From Guillardia theta CCMP2712 (taxonomy: Eukaryota; Protista; Cryptophyta), in the NCBI RefSeq assembly GCF_000315625.1, contig NW_005434414.1, forward strand, positions 1 to 40,031: a stretch of 40,031 nucleotides of DNA, written 5' to 3'. Positions 37,257 to 40,031 of this stretch are shown here, piece by piece (position 1 is the stretch's first letter; every line of letters starts with the position of its first letter). Under the pieces are notes generated by a model that was not told the origin of the DNA, made no database searches, and saw only the letters and a program-made list of their open reading frames with translations. The translations under genes were made by a program, and so were the position numbers.

Positions 37257-40031
<2,775 letters not shown>

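Overview
Eukaryotic, intron-rich nuclear DNA with many short (~45-55 bp) GT-AG introns, microsatellite-filled introns and TTTAGGG repeats. The style resembles a cryptophyte alga such as Guillardia (inference). The left ~8.6 kb is a subtelomeric array of minus-strand retroelement pieces separated by five CCCTAAA tracts, so the chromosome end probably lies beyond position 1. The array contains (i) a 5'-truncated, twice-frameshifted non-LTR reverse transcriptase polyprotein with a Cys cluster and a catalytically degenerate RNase H-like domain; (ii) a 722+ aa RRM-like ORF1-only unit that has its own structured 3' UTR, AATAAA and (TAA)n tail; (iii) two more 5'-truncated 3' ends that share the AATAAACTCA-(trinucleotide)n-TAGGG terminus; and (iv) 3'-truncated fragments capped directly by telomeric repeats. 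The best candidate for an undescribed system is a HeT-A/TART-like pair of telomere-targeting elements, one ORF1-only and one RT-bearing, in a genome that still makes canonical telomeric repeats. The rest of the window holds spliced host genes: a pseudokinase, an OGT/GT41 glycosyltransferase, a signal-peptide multi-FKBP-TPR protein, an AKR7-like reductase, an unknown secreted protein, an NDP-glucose 4,6-dehydratase, a LysM secreted protein and an NWD/TEP1-like NACHT NTPase. It also has tandem repeats, a GC-rich word-mosaic intergenic element and two assembly gaps. Gene boundaries were joined by eye and are approximate.
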